Source: the human T2T-CHM13v2.0 reference genome, Homo sapiens
Strand: one strand, 5' to 3'
Length of the DNA: 64,000 nt
NCBI RefSeq assembly: GCF_009914755.1
Contig: NC_060929.1
Made by a program: the position numbers and the translations under genes. The notes under the pieces are model-generated. The model was given only the letters and a program-made list of their open reading frames with translations. It did no database searches and had not been told where the DNA came from. Shown here in pieces: positions 58,273-64,000 of the stretch; within the stretch, counting starts at the first letter, position 1; the number at the start of each line of letters is the position of its first letter.

Positions 58273-59544
58273 GTCAATGCTTGACTAAAGATCTTTTTTT
58301 TTTCTTTCAACATATTCATAGGTCAACTTCAATATGAACAATTTTTCAAGGATTATCAGACTCTGGGTTATACTAGAGTTACATGGCATTAAATATTGAT
58401 AGAAATAAGTGGGCCCTGGTAGAAGTTTGGGTTTGTTTTTTGTTGCCGTTAGAGTCATGGTTATGGAATTTGGTTTTCCTGGAACCAAAAGTTCTTTGTT
58501 AAAATGCACATCCCTAACAGATACTAATTCTCATTGAAAGTTATTCTTGGGAATACATGGAGAAGTGTCTAGTTCTCATTTCAGGGGAGAGAGACCCAGA
58601 TTGAGAGCCTTGTCGTGAAGTCCTATAGTTAAGGGTCCTGAAGGATGAGCCCTGGTAGCTCTTGGAATAAACAGTCTCAGGGCAGGCGAGGTGTGCAGAG
58701 TTCATGCCAGGCCCTGGTGTAAAAGTGGTCAGCATGGAGATGTCCAACACTGACTGTTACTTCTCACACAGTCTTGTTTTCATGCTGCTTCCTCTAAGGT
58801 CTTTCATCCTGATTCTAACGCCCATCATGACCACATGCTATCTCTAAGAGTCACGGAAAGGCACCACTTTTAAGAGAATGTGCCATGGGAGAGCAAGGGT
58901 GGCTCCACATCCTACCGCACTCTTGGTTTGAGTCTGTTTCCGTAATGAGCCTGTTTCATGAGTCAAGAATATTCCATTAACCAAATGGATGCAGCTGCCA
59001 ACAAGAATGTTCCAAAGAAAATAAATGAAAACGTGTCTACTTTGCACTGTTTTGATGGGCAACTTCTTTTTTAAATCCTGGTGCCTGATCTGTCTCTTCT
59101 CAGGTTGTAGTTTATTAGAAAAAAAACTTATACTGAGACGCCTAGGAATGTTCTCCTGCAGTGATAACTCACAGCTCAAATTTTACAGTGCTTTACACTC
59201 CTCTCTCCTCAGTGCTCAAGGCGCTGCCTGGTAAGAAGCTAAACATTTAAGGAGGCACATTAACTCTTTGGAGCCATTGGCTTGCAAATCTAAACACTGA
59301 ATGCAATCTCAAGACAATATTATTTTTATTTAAAAATATCTATTGAGATGACCTCCTATAAATGCTCTTTTATCATTGTAAGTGACAAGTCCATGTCAAG
59401 TGAATTTGAAAAGTGAAGAGAACTCTAGTAACATCGAATGACCAATGTCAGTCTTTTCCTCCACATTAGCAAATGTGGAGTTCTTTTGGTAAAAACTGAG
59501 GACTTGGCCTGTCATAAGTCTGACTTTCAGCTGGCCCGTCTGTT

Positions 59545-59715
59545 CTGGGCCTCACAGACCAAAATCAAGGTGTTGGTAGGACCAAGTTCCTTTTCTGGAG
59601 GCTCAGAGGAAGAATCCACTTCCAAGCTCATTCAGCCCGTTGGCAGAATTCAGTTCCTTGTGGCTGCGGGACTGAGGCCCCCATTTATTGGCTGGCTGTC
59701 TTCTGGGAGCTGTGC
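59545..59715 (-). mobile_element. MLT1E-like LTR fragment
   Basis: AAAATCAAGGTGTTGG...AGAATCCACTTCCAAGCTCATTCAG...GGCAGAATTCAGTTCCTTGTGGCTG. Confidence 0.7.
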
Positions 59716-60122
59716 TTAGCTCTTCATGGCTTCTCATGAGAAAGCCTTGCCAAGAAAAACAACAGGCTGTTAGAACCTGAAGAAAGGACCTTAACCCTTG
59801 TAAGCCTTGATGCCTGAGCCCTTGGAAGCCATCTAGGGCCATCAGGCACATGGATTTTTGATGCACTGTCTCTTCTGGTTAGTTACTGGGTATTCAGGGT
59901 TCTCATAGTTTGGGTTAATTGTTTTCTGCTGTTTTCACCATTGCCCCCTTTCCCAAGACTCCTCTCTGACAACTTGCCGAGAATCCTTGGTGTAGGAAAT
60001 AAGTTTCCATCTGGGTGACTAGAGCTCGTTGGGCCAACTCCACTGAATACTGTGGCCTTTTAAGGATTAGGGCCCCCATTAGACAAGCTTGGTTTCAGAC
60101 TTTTTAGAAAAAAATCAATTTT

Positions 60123-60474
<352 letters not shown>

Positions 60475-60517
60475 TTAAAGTTCCATAATGATGTGATTTG
60501 AAAAAGTTATACATCCA

Positions 60518-60835
<318 letters not shown>

Positions 60836-61000
60836 TTATATATCCAGGACAACCACCATGATCAAGATGTGCATTTCCATTACCCCCAAAAGTTTCCTTG
60901 GGCCCCCTCCCTGTCAGTCCTCACTGCCCATTTCTTCCCATCGTTACCCCCCAGCAATCACTGAACTGCTGTCATTTGATTTGTCTTTTCTACATTTTGA

Positions 61001-61383
<383 letters not shown>

Positions 61384-61983
61384 AATGTAATGTTTTTGAG
61401 TTTCATCCATGTTGTTATAGGGATCAGTAGTTGGTTACTCTTTATTGCTGAGTAGTTTTCTGTTATGTGAATATATCACAACTATCCTTTTTCTTTATTT
61501 CTAGAATAAATTTGCTAATGTTTTGTTAGGGATTTTTGCATCTATGTTCATAAAGGATATTGGTTTGTAGTTTTCTTTTAATGTCTTTGTCTGGTTTTGG
61601 TATCAGGGTAATACTGGCCACATAAGTTGAGTTGGGAAGTACTTTGGGTATTTATTTCCAGGTGGTTTTTCTTGGCCATCTGTTGGGCACTACTGCCCCG
61701 AGAGGCCCAGAGATGTCCTTCAAAGAGCTTTTTGTAGGTCCACGGAGGGTGTAGAAGCCCCTGGCACTGCTCTCAATGTTTTGTGGCTTAGCAGCTGTTC
61801 GCCGTTCCTGTTCGGTGTATGGTGTGCCAATAGGGTGCAGACATCCAAACACTGTACACGGAAACTCCAAAACCCTGACCTTCTATTGCAGCCACCCTCT
61901 CAAATCTGGCTGCTTCTGCTTTTTTGGCACAAGACAGTGGCCTCCATCCTTCCCTCTGGGATGATCCAATGAAACCCCCCTAA

Positions 61984-62298
<315 letters not shown>

Positions 62299-63144
62299 AA
62301 AATGTAGTTTACTTCTAAGAGAAGGGGTGACGGAGAGGGAAGGGAAGGAGAGAGGTTGGTGAGAGGGATAGGGTGCTCAGATCTTTAAAAACGAATTCAG
62401 ACCTTGCCTGAGAGTGGAATGGGGAAAGGAGACAATTTCATGTTCCCCGGTAAGTGCCCAGAAGCAGTAGTTCAAGAAAAAAAGTTAGGTTTTGCCTTAA
62501 ACACCCTCTGTAAGGCAAACCCAGGAAATTTTAGATCCATATGTAAACTTCTAGAAAAGGAATCTTACACAACATATAATGTCCTCCTCAACCATTTATC
62601 TTTTACAAATGTGGAGACTGTCCCTTATCTCCACCCATTACAGATAGCCAAAGATGCTTGAAAACCACTATTTTATGAGGTTTTGGGGGCCTCAGGCAAA
62701 TAAAATTCCTGCTGATCTAGGCTGATTCCCCAGGTATCCTGAGTTGGCATGCAGATCGGGCTCTAGGAGTTCTGGCTCGGAAAATCAGGACAAAGAACAC
62801 ATTATAATGACTTCCAGCCTGGGATGGAGTCTACTGCATCATGCACGGTAAACTCCCATGATCTTCAAGGGCCTTTATTGCTGGTGTTTTGGGCTAAACA
62901 TTACAGCAAGAACAACCATCATCAACACATAGGCTCTAATTTGTATTGTGTGAGCTTGTGTCTGTGTACACACATATACAACTATTGTTATTATATGATT
63001 AAGGCATTAGTACATCGAAGGTGGACTGTTCCAACATTTGGAGAGCCCACTTCCCTATGTTGTTTGGGAGAGTCACCATAGATTTCCAAGGGGCTGGAAC
63101 AAGTTACTTGAGCCACGGTCATTTACACAGACCTGAGGATGTCA

Positions 63145-63661
<517 letters not shown>

Positions 63662-63749
63662 TCAGGGTGGAGGGACGCAGTCAAGACCTTGTTTGAGTGG
63701 CTGCTTGAGTGACCTTGAGAGAATGAAAAGGACCTAAGACAGGCTGTGA

Positions 63750-63850
63750 AGTCACCAAGTTCAGGTTCAGCCTCTGCCACAAAATAGTTTTGTGTCCTTG
63801 GGCCCATCACTTACTCTCTCGGGACCTTAGTCTCCCCGTTTATAAAAAGA
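63750..63850 (+). mobile_element. MIR fragment
   Basis: CCTCTGCCAC...TGTGTCCTTGGGC...CACTT...CCTTAGTCTCCCCGTTTATAAAA. Confidence 0.55.
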
Positions 63851-64000
63851 TAGAGGTTGGTGATTGCTTGTTCCCTGCTGCTGCTGCTGCTGAATCATGT
63901 GAAGGCTCAGGTGTGGCCTTGATTTGGCTTCAGTCGTGACCCACCGCCAAGGCCCAGGAAGCCACTGCTGCAGGAAGTGTCCTGGACGTTAACACTGCTT

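Overview
Primate (human or great-ape-like) nuclear DNA, judged from AluY, L1PA3/4, THE1 and MLT2A elements. It is intergenic or deep-intronic, and I cannot name the locus. I found no convincing protein-coding exon, RNA gene or processed pseudogene. The ORF track is almost entirely Alu, L1, LTR or low-complexity translations. The window has about 41 Alu/FLAM copies, many with intact target-site duplications (TSDs), plus old L2/MIR/L1M fragments, MaLR/ERVL/ERV1 LTRs and Tigger/MER5 DNA transposons, often nested. Highlights: (1) a closely spaced inverted Alu pair at 60518-61383 that appears homogenised by gene conversion, with a 100-bp perfect inverted identity; (2) a twin-primed, 5'-inverted L1PA3/4; (3) a two-LTR THE1D/MSTA-type MaLR with a long internal ORF and a microhomology-deleted 3' LTR; (4) a trimeric Alu; (5) a CpG-rich, motif-dense enhancer candidate at about 48.8-49.3 kb. 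I see no evidence of a new multi-gene system. Subfamily names come from recalled consensus sequences and need RepeatMasker/Dfam confirmation.
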